64,000 bases of DNA, from the NCBI RefSeq assembly GCF_006345805.1, contig NC_043004.1, positions 30,566,001 to 30,630,000 of the forward strand. Direction: 5' to 3'. Source of the stretch: Octopus sinensis (taxonomy: Eukaryota). The position numbers and the translations under genes were made by a program. Positions 27,906 through 40,833 of this stretch are shown in pieces. The notes beneath the pieces are model-generated. The model was not told the DNA's origin. It worked only from the letters and a program-made list of their open reading frames with translations, and did not search any database. How positions within the stretch are numbered: position 1 is the first letter of the stretch; every line of letters begins with the position of its first letter.

Positions 27906-28332
27906 GGATCTTTTCGGTTTGAACGGCAGTTTTTTCTAGCGGTGTCATATGAAATTGTCACCCATAATTATGACCCTAGTATCGATCTATTGTATTTCAA
28001 TCTGTTTTAGGGTTAGGGTTAGTTAGGGTTAGATGTGGGAGGAAGAGTATCTTTTTTTTCTTCTGAAATGTAAATATACCCAATCTGTTTCTTAAACGAG
28101 GGACATATTTATACGGCACAGAATGTTTTCACCTCAATAGACGTCATTGATTGGTTGAAATTGCAGAAATTGAAGAAAAAAACAACAAATATCTTACAAA
28201 CTATAGAATTTTCCTAATAAAGCCATGAGAAAAAGATGTTTTATAAACACATTCTACCAGTATACGAAGTTTAAAAGTGTTTAGTTACGTGGAAATTATT
28301 TTAAAAAACTGCCGGTCAAACCGAAAAGATCC
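27906..28332. mobile_element. Non-autonomous DNA transposon (MITE), Merlin-like termini
   Basis: 30-bp TIRs (29/30 match) starting GGATCTTTTCGG; 8-bp TSD CATTCTTT at 27898-27905 and 28333-28340; internal TTAGGG repeats. Confidence 0.8.
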
Positions 28333-28770
28333 CATTCTTTAGTTGTAATATACATAATTGCATTCTACATTTTTTAATTTAATGTTTCAGTAATAATGTC
28401 ATTATGTATGAAAACTTACAACTACTGATATGTGTGACGCGAAAAAGATGAAACTGCACGGGATCGTTCAATGCCGAAAGGTTACGATGTAGGGGTTTGT
28501 TTTAGTTCTTCAGATGTCAGCGGTCACCAACACATCGCAGGAGATTGGGTAGACAGTTAAAAAACACAGGAGGTTGAGCAGATAAAGTCACGACTCCAGA
28601 AAGTTATTTCAAGACCATGCGATTAACAAAACAAAATGTGATTCGAATTTTATCGCACAAGTGAACTGAAGAGTTAAAAGAAAATTGTTGAAAAGGCACC
28701 AATTTTGAAAAATGTGCTCGGCGTGAGGATGCAGCTACATGGTTTAGGGTTCACTCCCACGGCGCGCGCC

Positions 28771-28814
<44 letters not shown>

Positions 28815-29773
28815 AACACACACACACGCACACACATGTATATATCTATATGTATGTGTGTGTATCTTGTTCGCCCACACTCCTTGACAACCGATGCTGG
28901 TTTGTTTACGTCCCTGTAACGTCTCTGGTTCGAGAATAGAGTCCGACAGAACAGGTACAAAACTTTAAAAAAATAAATACTAGAGTCGATTTGTTCAACT
29001 AAATCACTTCAGGGTTGTGCCCCAGCATGGCCGCAGTCCAATGTCTGACATAAGTAAAAAGATTTAAAAAATAAAAATTTTATATGAAATATGACAATAA
29101 TTTAATATATGATATAAAAATATCATATGAAACATGGCTAATATAAGAATATGACAAAATAGAATTTAAAAACATTACATAAAAATGTAAAATGAAACAT
29201 GACATCAAAATGTCGTATATACAGAATTTCAATGTAATATAAAATATGACATTAGTAATTTATATGAAACATGACGTTAAGAAGTTAGGAAATACGACAT
29301 TAAAATGTTATGTGTTATACGAAATATAGCATTAAAATGGTTTTAAAATATGACATCACGTTATTATATGTTATAGTTAAAATGACATTAAAATTGTTTA
29401 CGGAGTATAGTATTAAAATAGTTTATGAAAAATAGCACGAAGGAAAGGAAAGGGAAACAATTTTCTATCAGTTGAAACATTGGCGTATTTCTTAGCTATT
29501 AATTTGTTATTTTATTGGTATTCTTCGATAAGGCGAAATGTCGAGCTGTGTGAGAGATATTGTAGAACACAGTCGGATGGAATTGGTTAAGATATATTTT
29601 ACCGAGTCGGCTTGAAAGAAAAGCAAACGCGATCGTGACATAGTTAGAACCTCCAAAGTTAACTGGCCACCAGCTCAAGTTGCTAGAAACAATAGCCAAA
29701 TCTTCAAATCACATGTTACTGTTTTAAAAATGGAAGGGCACCTTAGATAATTTTATTCTACTCATTACTGTTA

Positions 29774-29932
29774 TGGCGTAGGAGTGGCTGTGTGGTAAGT
29801 AGTTTGCTTACCAACCACATGGCCCCGGGTTCACTCCCACTGCGTGGCACCTTGGGCAAGTGTCTTCTGTTATAGCCTCGGGTCAATCAAAGCATTGTGA
29901 GTGGATTTGGTAGACGGAAACTGAAAGAAGCC
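29774..29932 (+). mobile_element. SINE 5' half
   Basis: ggcgtaggagtggctgtgtggtaag...gaaactgaaagaagcc. Confidence 0.85.
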
Positions 29933-32230
29933 TAGCACATGTTGGCTAGTTAGCAGTTCAATCTTCAGCCTTCAATCTTCAGTCAAGAACCGGATCATCC
30001 TTGCAATTTCGGCTGATTAATCTTGAGATTGCTCCAATCTGGCCAGCCCCAAGGAAAAACTAAGCTAAGCGCATTAGATTCCTTGGAAGAAAGCTGCGAA
30101 TAGTAACACCGACAGACTAGAATACGATTTAATCAACACCCAAACGACACCTGAACTAAACGTGAACAATGAATAATACTATAAATTGGCGAGCCATGCT
30201 TAAAAGAACAGAAATGACAACCAGATAACGACGATGAAGTTTTACACAAAAAACAGTTATGGCCTCAAACTGCTATTTCCAGCGAATTCTTCTGTTCTTG
30301 TTGATGAGACAAAAATATTTAGTTACATCATCATATTTTCCCTTGTTTCTTTTTTACGCTGAAATATTGCAGATATGTTTTATTGAGTATTTGTGATGAC
30401 AATATCCTCTACTAATTTAAACTTCGTTTTATATCATTATCAACCACCCTCACCTTGAACTGAGGATCTTGTGATACACTTCGACCCGTTGCAAGGGAAT
30501 TTTGTTTCAAATAAAATTCTTTACAATGTAGCTTATGAATAAGGTTCCTGACTGGTGAAGTTAAAGATTAATAACACTCCCAACTGATATTGCCTTAGCA
30601 CAAAAATTAAGGTAGAGATTTTAAAGAGAACATCTAGTTCATAGCAGACATGCATTGATCAACTACGGCACTGTGAAGAATTGAGTGATAACTAGCCTTC
30701 ACACTTGCTACGTAGATTGAAAGAATTATTGGAAAACAATTCCCTGTAAGAGTCGTTCATAAAGCAATTATTCTTATCTCGTTTGCCACCCAATGTACAG
30801 ACTATTTTGGCATCAGTTCGAGATCACAGTAGAATTGAATAGTTGGCAGAATTAGGAGATGGCATTGCAGACATTTCCCTTCCATCATCTTCAAATACCA
30901 ATATACAGGATATTTCATTTGTTTCGTCTGTCGCCTCAGAAATTGTATTCTTTCGTAAGACGGCTAACAAAAAAAGGAAAAAAAGAAAAGAAAAGAAAAA
31001 GAAAGAAAGAAAAGAAACTTCACGCCCTCACCACAAATTGGAATATTTTGAGACGCTTCGTTCTTCAACCCGTTCCAGAAATCAAATCACGTTCTGGGAA
31101 TCCAGCAAGAAAACGTTCGTCTTGTTCGCGTAGAGCACATGCATGATATTGGTGCCATCTCACACTTGGTATAAAAGCCCGTCTTTGTAGCCTTATATTT
31201 TAAAATCCTATTCATTCTTTCTTTCATTCATTCATTCCTTCTTTTTTTCATTTTTCTTTCTTCTTTCTTTCTTTTTGCTTAGCAGGAAGATGACCAAGCC
31301 AACCACAACTGCATCTCCTGGCACTTCTCCAGGAACTCTGGAGGTGAGTGAAGCTTTTGGTTATAAATTTTTCATAGAGACTTTCAATAGCTCTTATAAT
31401 CATCGCTGATCTTCTTAATCCAAACTTTAAACGATTTCCATCATTATTTTTATCTACTTACTGATGTGAAAAAAAAATTATACCATTAATCAACTGATTT
31501 GCGGAATTGACATAGAAAATGTTATTATCAACCTCATTTTCTTCGTTTCTTCTACCACTGAACATTATTACCATGCTACTCTTCGTAAATATCCAGATAT
31601 CACACATCTAGTTGTTAATAACGAACCCATCTATACTATTACACGTCATATTGTCACAAACAAACCTCTAACGTCATTGCGACACCATCGCCTTGCTTAT
31701 AGCGGAAAAGAAAGTGCCTAAAGACCGATTCAGTCACATGCTTCAAATTAGCATCATTTACTCGTTTAGCCATAATTGATCATCTCCATTACAAAAGGTA
31801 ACGTGACTAGCGTGTGTGCGCTACACGGAGTAGAGCTTGAGTTTGTCCCTCATCCTGGGAGCAAACTCAAGTGTTTATCTCTTTTAGTGGATGCTTCTGT
31901 AATGAAAATAGTTCCTTTATGAACGGCTCTTCCAAGGAATTATCTTCCAAACTATTACACTGACGCCAATTGCAATTGTTTACACTCGCTAAGATAAAAT
32001 GTGTAAAGTTACTTGGTTGACTTATAACCGTTGGATTCGACCCCGCGTTTGGCCACATGGAAATCACGTGTTCATCATATGTGCAAACACATTTTCCGTC
32101 CATTTTGTTCATATGATTGTCTGGCAGCATGACTAGGACTTTCTGTGAACAGAGCCTACAAATGCAACTCAGTTTAACGCGAAAAGGGCGGTGTGAATTC
32201 GGTTCTTGATGGAATTCGCTCTCGTCTCCT

Positions 32231-34884
32231 TGTTATGTAATCATCACAACAAACATGAACAATCAACGTTGCCCATTGTCTCCCTTGATACAAGGACATT
32301 CAGTAAGTTTCCCGCCACAACAAATACCTTGTACAACAACGGTAGTCTAATAAAGTATCTCGTATCGTTAACACGTTTTTTCAGTCTCTCTCATTTTCTT
32401 AATCTTTCATACTAAGTACTCACTACTTCCTTTAATACTCAATACATTATATATATTTAACAACAACATGGTGTCAGAAGTGGGATGACATCATAATCTG
32501 GTCCAGCACTTTAGAAGAACATACAAATAGACTACAACAAGTTTTCGATCGAATTCGAAAACACGGATTAAAGTTAAATAAATCAAAGTGTATCTTCTAT
32601 GAATCACAAATCAAGTACCTTGGGCATCTATTAACCAGCGAAGGGATAAAACAAGATCCAACCAAAGTACAAGCAATCATTCACATGCCACTGCCAACAA
32701 GTAAAAAAGAACTACAAAGATTCCTAGGTATGACAAATTACCTATGTAAATTTTTAGCAAATTACTCCGAAGTTACAGCACCATTACGCCAGCTTCTACA
32801 GAGTGACACGTTATGGTCATTCGACAAACCACAAATCGAAGCAATAAAAAAGCTAAAAGAAATGATTACCAGAAAACCAGTGCTACAATTTTATAATCCA
32901 GATCTACCAATAAAAATAACTACAGATGCTAGTAAGCATGGGCTCGGAGCGATATTTGAGCAGAAACACAACGAAAGATGGCTACCTGTTTCGTTTGCAT
33001 CTCGTGCAACAACTCAAGCGGAACAAAACTACTGTCCGATAGAGAGCGAAGCTCTCAGTATAGTTTTCGCATGCAAGAAATTTCATCAGTTTATATACGG
33101 AACTCATTTCAGAATCGAAAATGACCATAAACCGTTGAAGCAAATATTCAAAAAATCGATCACTAAATGCTCCCCAGAATCCAAAGATTTCTACTAACAT
33201 TACAAAGATATGATTTTGACCTAAACCACATACCTGGTAAAGAATCAATTGTTGCAGATACCCTATCACGTGCATACCTTGAGCAAAATACTCCAGAAGT
33301 ATCAGACGAAGATATGAAATCGCACATACATGCAGTAATAAAAAATTACCCCATAACCGACACTAAATTAAACGAGTATAAAGAAGCCACTGCAGACGAC
33401 CCGTCACTACAGACACTCATCACATATACAAGAACAGAATGGCCCCCAAAAGACAAAATACCAATAAACATCAAACCATTCGTATCCGTTCGTGATGAAA
33501 TATCAATCGTCAATGGTCTCGTTCTAAAAGGTTCAAGAATAATTGTACCTAAGTCATTACGTAGAGAAGCTCTACAGGAAATACATACCGGACACATGGG
33601 TATCGAAAAATGCATAGAGAGAGCGAAGAAATGTATATACTGGCCTGGCATTAACGCTCAAATCAAAGACATGATTAACACATGCTCATACTGCATCGAC
33701 TACAAAAACCAACAATCAGCCGAACCACTAATAAATCATGAAATACCTACTACACCATGGACCAAAGTGGGTACAGACGTATTTCACCTGTCTGGAAATT
33801 CGTATGTCACAATTATTGACTATACAACAAGATTTTTTGATCTACACGAAATAAATGATTGCCAGTCAAAAACCGTAATCAAAAAATTAAAAGAAACTTT
33901 TGCTAAATTCGGAATTCCGCAAACAGTTGTAAGTGACAACGGTCCAGAATTCAATTCGGCTGAATTCAAAAAATTTGCAAAAAATTGGCATTTTCATCAC
34001 ACGAAGACAAGCCCGCATTATCATCAAGCGAATGGCATGGTTGAGAGAAATATACAGACAATAAAAAAGACGCTAAAAAAGGCATTCAAAAGTGGCGAAG
34101 AACCTCAGTTAGCGCTCTTAACATTACGCACGACTAAATTACAAAATGGTGCACCATCCCCTGCAAATCAAATAATGAATAGAACATTGCGAACAAATCT
34201 CCCAAACTTACTACACGACAAAATTGGTATCAGGCCTCACGAAAAGAAGAAATCAAACATTACAACAGAGCTCCCAGAGTTAAAACCACACGACACGGTT
34301 AGAATTAAGTTTAACAACAATTGGTTTAGAAGGGGCAAAATAATTAAAAAACTAGAGCAACCTCGTTCATACTTAGTAATAACAGAGGAAGGTAATACAG
34401 TCAAACGAAATAGACAACATATTCTTAAAACAAACGAACACGTTCGCATAACAGAAGAATTAGATTATGAAAATATATTTCCAAAGTCAACAAACACGCA
34501 TGAAAAAACAAAAACAGCATAACTACAGAATTCAACACTACGAAATAATAAAACCACAAAAAGTGGACGACGAATAATTATTCCCTGTAGATACAGATGA
34601 TGATAATAAAAAAAAAATTTTTTTAATTAAAAAAAAAAAAGGAAGATGTTATGTAATCATCACAACACACATGAACAATCAACGTTGCCCATTGTCTCCC
34701 TTGATACAAGGACATTCAGTAAGTTTCCCGCCACAACAAATACCTTGTACAACAACGGCAGTCTAATAAAGTATCTCGTATCGTTAACACGTTTTTTCAG
34801 TCTCTCTCATTTTCTTAATCTTTCATACTAAGTACTCACTACTTCCTTTAATACTCAATACATTATATATATATAACAACAACA
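32231..34884 (+). mobile_element. Young Mag-clade Gypsy LTR retrotransposon, deletion derivative
   Basis: 238-bp LTRs (32231-32468, 34647-34884; 3 differences; TGTT...AACA ends), 4-bp TSD TCCT, PBS TGGTGTCAGAAGTGGGAT (tRNA-Leu type), PPT at 34629-34646. Confidence 0.95.
32484..34522 (+). pseudogene. pol: Truncated pol: RT from the DD motif, RNase H, integrase; one frameshift near 33175
   Basis: DDIIIWSS...KLNKSKC...LGHL; TDASKHGLGA, AEQNYCPIESEAL, NDHKPL; HHCC zinc finger and D,D(35)E (VGTDVF, SDNGPEF, NGMVER). Confidence 0.92.
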
Positions 34885-37089
34885 TCCTAGCTGCTCTTAC
34901 AGCTACATATTCAACCCAGCGCGATAAATGAAGAAGCATACCGCGGCAACACGTCAACAAGAATATGCACTGATGTGTAACAATAAACCTAAATGTTGAA
35001 TCTCCTATACCTGTAATATACGTCGTTTCATATAAAATTTAATCTTCTCGTATTGCATAAACATCTGTATTAATGTAGCAACAAATGAGGTATATATACT
35101 TACAACAAGCCATTCTTCATGGCAACGCTACAGTCTCATCCGAGACCAGTGACACTCATCTCGTTTACAGGACGCTTCTGTAGTGGACCTCAAAGAGTTT
35201 TTCAATAGTTTATTCATAACTCCTGGTAGCCTTTTCCTTCTTAAAGCGTTTGAAGCCGGGTGAAACCAAATACAGTACTCTCAATTGTAAATTACTGGTC
35301 GTTTACTTTCGTTGTTTCCTTGAAGGACAGTTTGTCATATATACCGGTCATTATCCGTTGACATGCATTACAATCAAAACCAGACAAACATTCTCGGAGA
35401 GAAATTCGCCACTTAGATTTTTATAATCACAGTTTACTGGTGATATTTAGTATATCAAAGGAGCTGATAACTGTGCAGCAGACGCCTTATCTCGGTTATA
35501 TATTGATTCCTTTCTGTGTCTGATCAGGAAATGAATGAAGAGTTTTAACAGCTAAAAAATTTATCATCTTCTCTGGAATTTCGTCTCTTTCCACTACCTG
35601 CTGCTACGATGTTTATATTTGGTATGATATCTCTACCGACCATGAAAGACATTCTGTTCTTTTGCAACACAGACATTCTGTTTTTCCTGTTCTTCATAAC
35701 TTATCTTATCCTGGAGTCTCCTCTTCGGAAACGTTCATTTCGGTTCGATTTGTTTGGTTAGGAATGAAGAAAAATATTCGAGAATGACATAGGCTTGGCT
35801 GTGTGGTTAAGAAGCTAGCTTTGCAGCCATATCGTTTTGTGTACCGTCTTCTACTATTGCCCCGGTCCGACCAATGCCTTTTGAATGAATTTGGTAGACG
35901 GAGACTGTGTGTGTGTAAAAAAAAAATTAAAGGTTCTTCCCGAGCCATAGGCTCATAACACCGGTTTCTCAGATTCTGCTTACTTTCAACGCATACTCAG
36001 CTATATTGTCGGATCTTTTAAAGTGTTTTGATCGTTTTTGGTGCTGGTCCGAAGTCATTCCTATTCGGGACATTTAGGCTACAACAGGAGCAAAATCTTT
36101 AATACTTCACTGAATCTTGCTAATGGGAACTCTTCCTTTAATTATTACTGCCAGAAGTCAACTACTTGAGTCTGCACATTTTACCGAGCTTATACATTTG
36201 CTTGGTACAAAAAGAATTCGTAAGATAGCATATCACCCAGCCACCGCTGAGATGATACAAAGTTTTTACCCTTATTTAAAACTCACTTTTTAAATCGTAT
36301 ATGGCTATACAGAGATGTGGTTGGAATATCTGCCAATAATATTACTTGGCATCAGACATCAGGTTCTTGGTTTTACTCAAGCTGAATTAATAAATGGCAG
36401 AACATCGACTCTTTTGAGACATGATCGTTGGCAATTCCAGCACGATTTATGATCTGTCCAATTATGAACATGGAATGCAACAATATGTGTCTGGTTTGCC
36501 AAAAACAAAAAATATTTCAAACAAACATATTTTCCTTCTGACATTAGTACTTGTGCTCATGTTTTCTTCTATAACCGATACTGTACAAAATCCTCTGCAC
36601 ACTCTATATAATGGACCGTGTCGCCTGCTGCATAAGCCTGAGTCCGCTGTATTAGTCTGTAATGCGCTTGAGGACTCTGGGGACGGCAAACTCAAGGGGC
36701 ACCCCGGGTGGCTCGCACTTCATCTGCGCCACTGTGTATGAGCATTTATAATTTCAATTATAAAGCAAAATAGATTCTTCATTAGATTTTAAATACACTG
36801 CATACCTCACTATTGTTGAAAACATATGACCACAAAAAACATTTGTTACAAATGTGTGTGTATGTGTCTGAGTCTATGTGTGTATGTGTCTGAGTCTATG
36901 TGTGTGTGAGTGTATTTGTGTGTTTGTATAAGTAGTGTCTCCCGATCTCTGTCACGCATTTTCTCAACTTCCCCTTCTTTGTCTTTCTCATTTTGTCTCT
37001 ACCACACAATCCAGACACGCATTGTTTCTTAATGTAAGAGCGTGTGTGTGTAATCAATGGTCAGCTAAGAATGTATATATACGTTAGAC

Positions 37090-37368
37090 AATCAATGGTC
37101 AGTTAACAATGTATATACGTGCACTCCACAGACACGTGTACCCTTAACATAGTTCTCGGAGAGATTCAGCGTGACACAGAGTGTGACAAGGCTGGCCCTT
37201 TGAAATACAGGTACAACAGAAACAGGGTTCGCACCCACCCTCTGCCGGAGCCTCATGGAACTTTGGGTGCTTTCGCTCAATAAACACTCAAACGCCCGGT
37301 CTTGGAATCGAAACCACGGGCCTACGACCGCGAGTCCACTGCCCTATTCACTGGGCCATTGCGCCTCC
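37090..37368 (-). mobile_element. tRNA-derived SINE, third family
   Basis: Minus head ggaggcgcaatggcccagtg...ggtttcgattcc. Confidence 0.75.
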
Positions 37369-37428
37369 ACACACACAAACACACACACATATTATACATA
37401 TATAAATATATATATTATAGATATATAA

Positions 37429-37497
<69 letters not shown>

Positions 37498-37539
37498 GCT
37501 TACACAAGACAGGCTGTTTATTCTAGAAACATTTTTTTT

Positions 37540-37900
37540 TTTCAAAAATCAAAAGATGTCAACCAGATTATGGCTGGGAGATAAGTTTACTCAAAGCAGC
37601 CATCTTCAGTTTCCAACACGGCCTCAAATCGAAACCTAACGCATGGACTTTTCACTATTGTCCTTGGCAAGATCTTGATCACCAACTCGGCAATGGTGTT
37701 GCAGGCATAGCGGTTGGTGTCTTTCTCAACCGCGCCTTCCACACAATAATCCATGGGACTACAATCAGGGGAATTTGAAGGCCAGAAATTGGGGCTGGTG
37801 AAATCATAGACATTCTCCGACTACTACTTCCGACCCCTTCCTGATGTGTGACAATGTGTGTCCACAAGAGATATAAAAAGAAGTCGTTAAATTTTGCCCG
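37540..37900 (-). mobile_element. Tc1/mariner transposase C-terminal relic
   Basis: Minus translation NFWPSNSPDCSPWDY...VEKDTN resembles the WPPNSPDLNPLDY motif. Confidence 0.65.
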
Positions 37901-37927
37901 AACACCTTGTGTGTGTGTGTGTGTGTG

Positions 37928-37971
<44 letters not shown>

Positions 37972-39050
37972 CACTTTACGTTTTTAGAATAACAATGTGA
38001 CGTGAGTGCGTGTCTCAAAGAGTGACAAATGAGAAAAAAAGAAAGAAAAAAACAACATTGTCTGCATTATTTCCCGGTCAACATGATAACTGACCCCAAT
38101 CTGAAGAATTTCCATCACGAAAGTAGTTTCATCACGAAAAGTAACGTCTCATTAGAATTTCAAAGACCTATCTGTCTGATTTGAGAAGTTATTTCCTTTA
38201 AATCACCATTAGCATAACTTACACCTGCATACACTATTGAAATTATTTTTAGTGTTTGGTGAAAGTCAGTTCACTTCAATAAAATATTATCGATACCACA
38301 CCGGCAAACTGAAATCAATATTATATTTATTAAAAGAAAAGAAGGTTAGAAGTTCGGTGAGTCAGGCGATCATCGGACTTAAAGCGCCTAATGATATGAA
38401 ATTACTTCCAAATTTCACAATGTATGATATCGCTTTTATCGTTATGGAGTCGATAAAATAAACATGAGGAGGTAATATAGTGGTGGATCTCCGTCGTTCT
38501 ACGATGAGGATTCGGTTAGTCAACCAATTGAATTAACGTGTAAGTGGTTGCGTATTCCACACACACGTGTACACGTAACGTGATTTATCAAGGTTGTACA
38601 TTTGAATTACTTGTACAATCCACCTGATCGGTTTATTACAGTGATCACTATAATAAACGAGATTGCAGTGCTAGCTTGATTATATTCTTCATCATTACAG
38701 CTACATTTAAAACTGCAGAACCTTTCCGTAGCTACATGATTTGCCCGAAATATCAGTCAAGTTTTCATCAAATCACATCCTACCAACATAAATATGACAT
38801 ACTCTACAATATGCTTCTGGGAGCGCTGTGTCAGTAAAACAGACGGGATAGACACGACTTGAGAGCTTTTCATCATAGGTCTGCTGAACGAGGTTTGGCC
38901 TGGTGCTAAACAACAACTGCAGTGAGGAGCATATATATATATTATTCAACGAAATTCCAACTTTGATTTTCACATTATATTTACAATCTTATGATAATAT
39001 AATATAAGATAGTATAATGAAATGATAGAGTATTAAATGTCCATTCAGAT

Positions 39051-39095
39051 TGAACAAGTACTTTCATGCATTAAACTATGCAATCTTCAGGTTCA
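39051..39095 (-). ncRNA. Type I hammerhead ribozyme motif
   Basis: UGAAC CUGAAGA U UGCAU AGUUUA AUGCA U GAAA GUAC UU GUUCA. Confidence 0.6.
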
Positions 39096-39149
39096 TGTAG
39101 TGGTGGTGACAGTTATGTTTTACAATTTACAACTGTCATCACCACTATA

Positions 39150-39194
39150 TGAACCTGAAGATTGCATAGCTTAATCCAAGAAAGTACTAGTTCA
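39150..39194 (+). ncRNA. Type I hammerhead ribozyme motif
   Basis: UGAAC CUGAAGA UUGCAUAGCUUAAUCCAA GAAA GUAC UA GUUCA; palindromic AGUACU; one stem II mismatch. Confidence 0.6.
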
Positions 39195-39654
39195 ATCAGA
39201 ATGATCATTCAATATTCTATCATTTCATTATATTACATGATATTATTATAAGATTGTAAATATAATGTGAAAATCAGACAAAGTTGGTATTTCTTTGAGC
39301 AATATATTCTATACACAATCATACAAACCCGTGTGTATATAATAAACACACACACATATGTATGTGTATATATATATATATATATATAATATATATATAT
39401 ATATGTTTATATATATGTATACATGCATACACGCGTATACAGTAATCCCTCACCATATCGCGGTTCACCTATCGCGGTTTATTATTAAAGCTTACGTCGA
39501 TTCCTCCGTAGTGTTGTTTTGTATTTATAAAATAAATATATACAAATTATAAAAATAATTAAAAAAATATGCACCACATTACTGTTTCGACTACGCGGAC
39601 GGAGTGTTTTGGAACATAACAACCGCGACAATCGAGGGATTACTATATACATAT

Positions 39655-40052
39655 TCTTTTATTCTTTTACTTATTTCAGTCATTTGACTGGGGCCATGCT
39701 GGAGCACAGCCTTTTAGTCGAAGTAACCGATCCTTGGACTTAGTCTTTGTAAGCCTGTACTTATTCTACCGGCTTTTTGCCGAACCGCTAAGTTACGGGG
39801 ACGTAAATACACCAACATCGACCGTCAAGCGATGGTGGTGGGGGGACAAATACAAAGACACTCACATAAGTCTATACATATATCTATATGACAGGTTTCT
39901 TTCGGTTTCCGTCTACCAAACCCACACACAAGGGTTTGGTCGGCCCGAGGCTATAGAAGACGACACTTGTCCAAGGTGCCACACAATGGGACTGAACCCA
40001 GAACCATGTGATTGGGAAGTAAGCTTCTTACCACACAGCCACACCTGCGCCT
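39655..40052 (-). mobile_element. Full-length octopus-type SINE
   Basis: Same family as 9272-9674. Confidence 0.9.
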
Positions 40053-40129
40053 ACACGCACACACACATATACGTGTGTTTGTGTGTGTGTGTGTGTATGC
40101 ATATATACATGCATGTGTGTGTGCGAGCG

Positions 40130-40396
40130 CGCGCGTGATAGTAATGATTCGGTGGCACATAAAATACACCAATCCGACCGTGGCCGTTGCCAGCCTCGCC
40201 TGGCACCTGTGCAGGTGGCACGTAAAAAGCACCCACTACACTCACGGAGTGGTTGGCGTTAGGAAGGGCATCCAGCTGTAGAAACATTGCCAGATAAGAC
40301 TGGAGCCTGGTGCAGCCTTCTGGCTTCCCAGATCCCCGGTCGAACCGTTCAACCCATGCTAGCATGGAGAACGGACGTTAAACGATGATGATGATG
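40130..40396 (+). mobile_element. SINE/RTE-related 3' fragment ending in (GAT)n
   Basis: ggttggcgttaggaagggcatccagc...ccatgctagcatgga...gatgatgatg; minus-strand copy at 62128-62340. Confidence 0.75.
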
Positions 40397-40716
40397 TAAC
40401 ATTCAAAGTTTAGTAAAAGCCTCCAAAGTGACTACATAATCCTCATAATTCTATTTAAATTCAAATTCTATTTGTTACTGTATACTGCAATTTTAGTGCT
40501 AATAGTACACCGTAGAGCTAATGTTTCGAAAAACGTATTCTTATGCACACGGCCTTTTAACATAAAATGACTTTCAGTTCGTTTCTAATTCTTGAAACCT
40601 TGAAAACCAAAATATTGTTGTTGATTATTGTATCAATACAGAAAAGTAATTTTGAGTCTTTCATGAACTAGAGTAATTCAATTACGACGTCAACAAACAC
40701 ACACACACCACACACA

Positions 40717-40780
<64 letters not shown>

Positions 40781-40794
40781 ACACACACACACAC

Positions 40795-40833
<39 letters not shown>

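Larger units (their letters stand above)
30187..36740 (+). mobile_element. Old decayed Gypsy element (host of the nested young element)
   Basis: PBS-like TGGCGAGCCA at 30187; gag relics EELSDN*PSHLLRRLKELL, KQLFLSRLPPNVQTILAS and WCHLTLGIKARLC; RT N-terminal relic near 31650-31790; SQFTGDI*YIKGADNCAADALSR near 35420-35510; integrase C-terminal PLHTLYNGPCRLL; many stops and frameshifts. Confidence 0.7.
38940..39305. repeat. Imperfect long inverted repeat (core arms ~38951-39114 and 39131-39293)
   Basis: Arms are reverse-complementary with scattered mismatches; 16-nt loop. Confidence 0.9.

Noticed and set aside
31170-31177. TATAAAAG box upstream of an ATG
   Set aside because: It lies in frame within the Gypsy gag knuckle relic (WCHLTLGIKARLC), and its spacing to an initiator-like motif is poor
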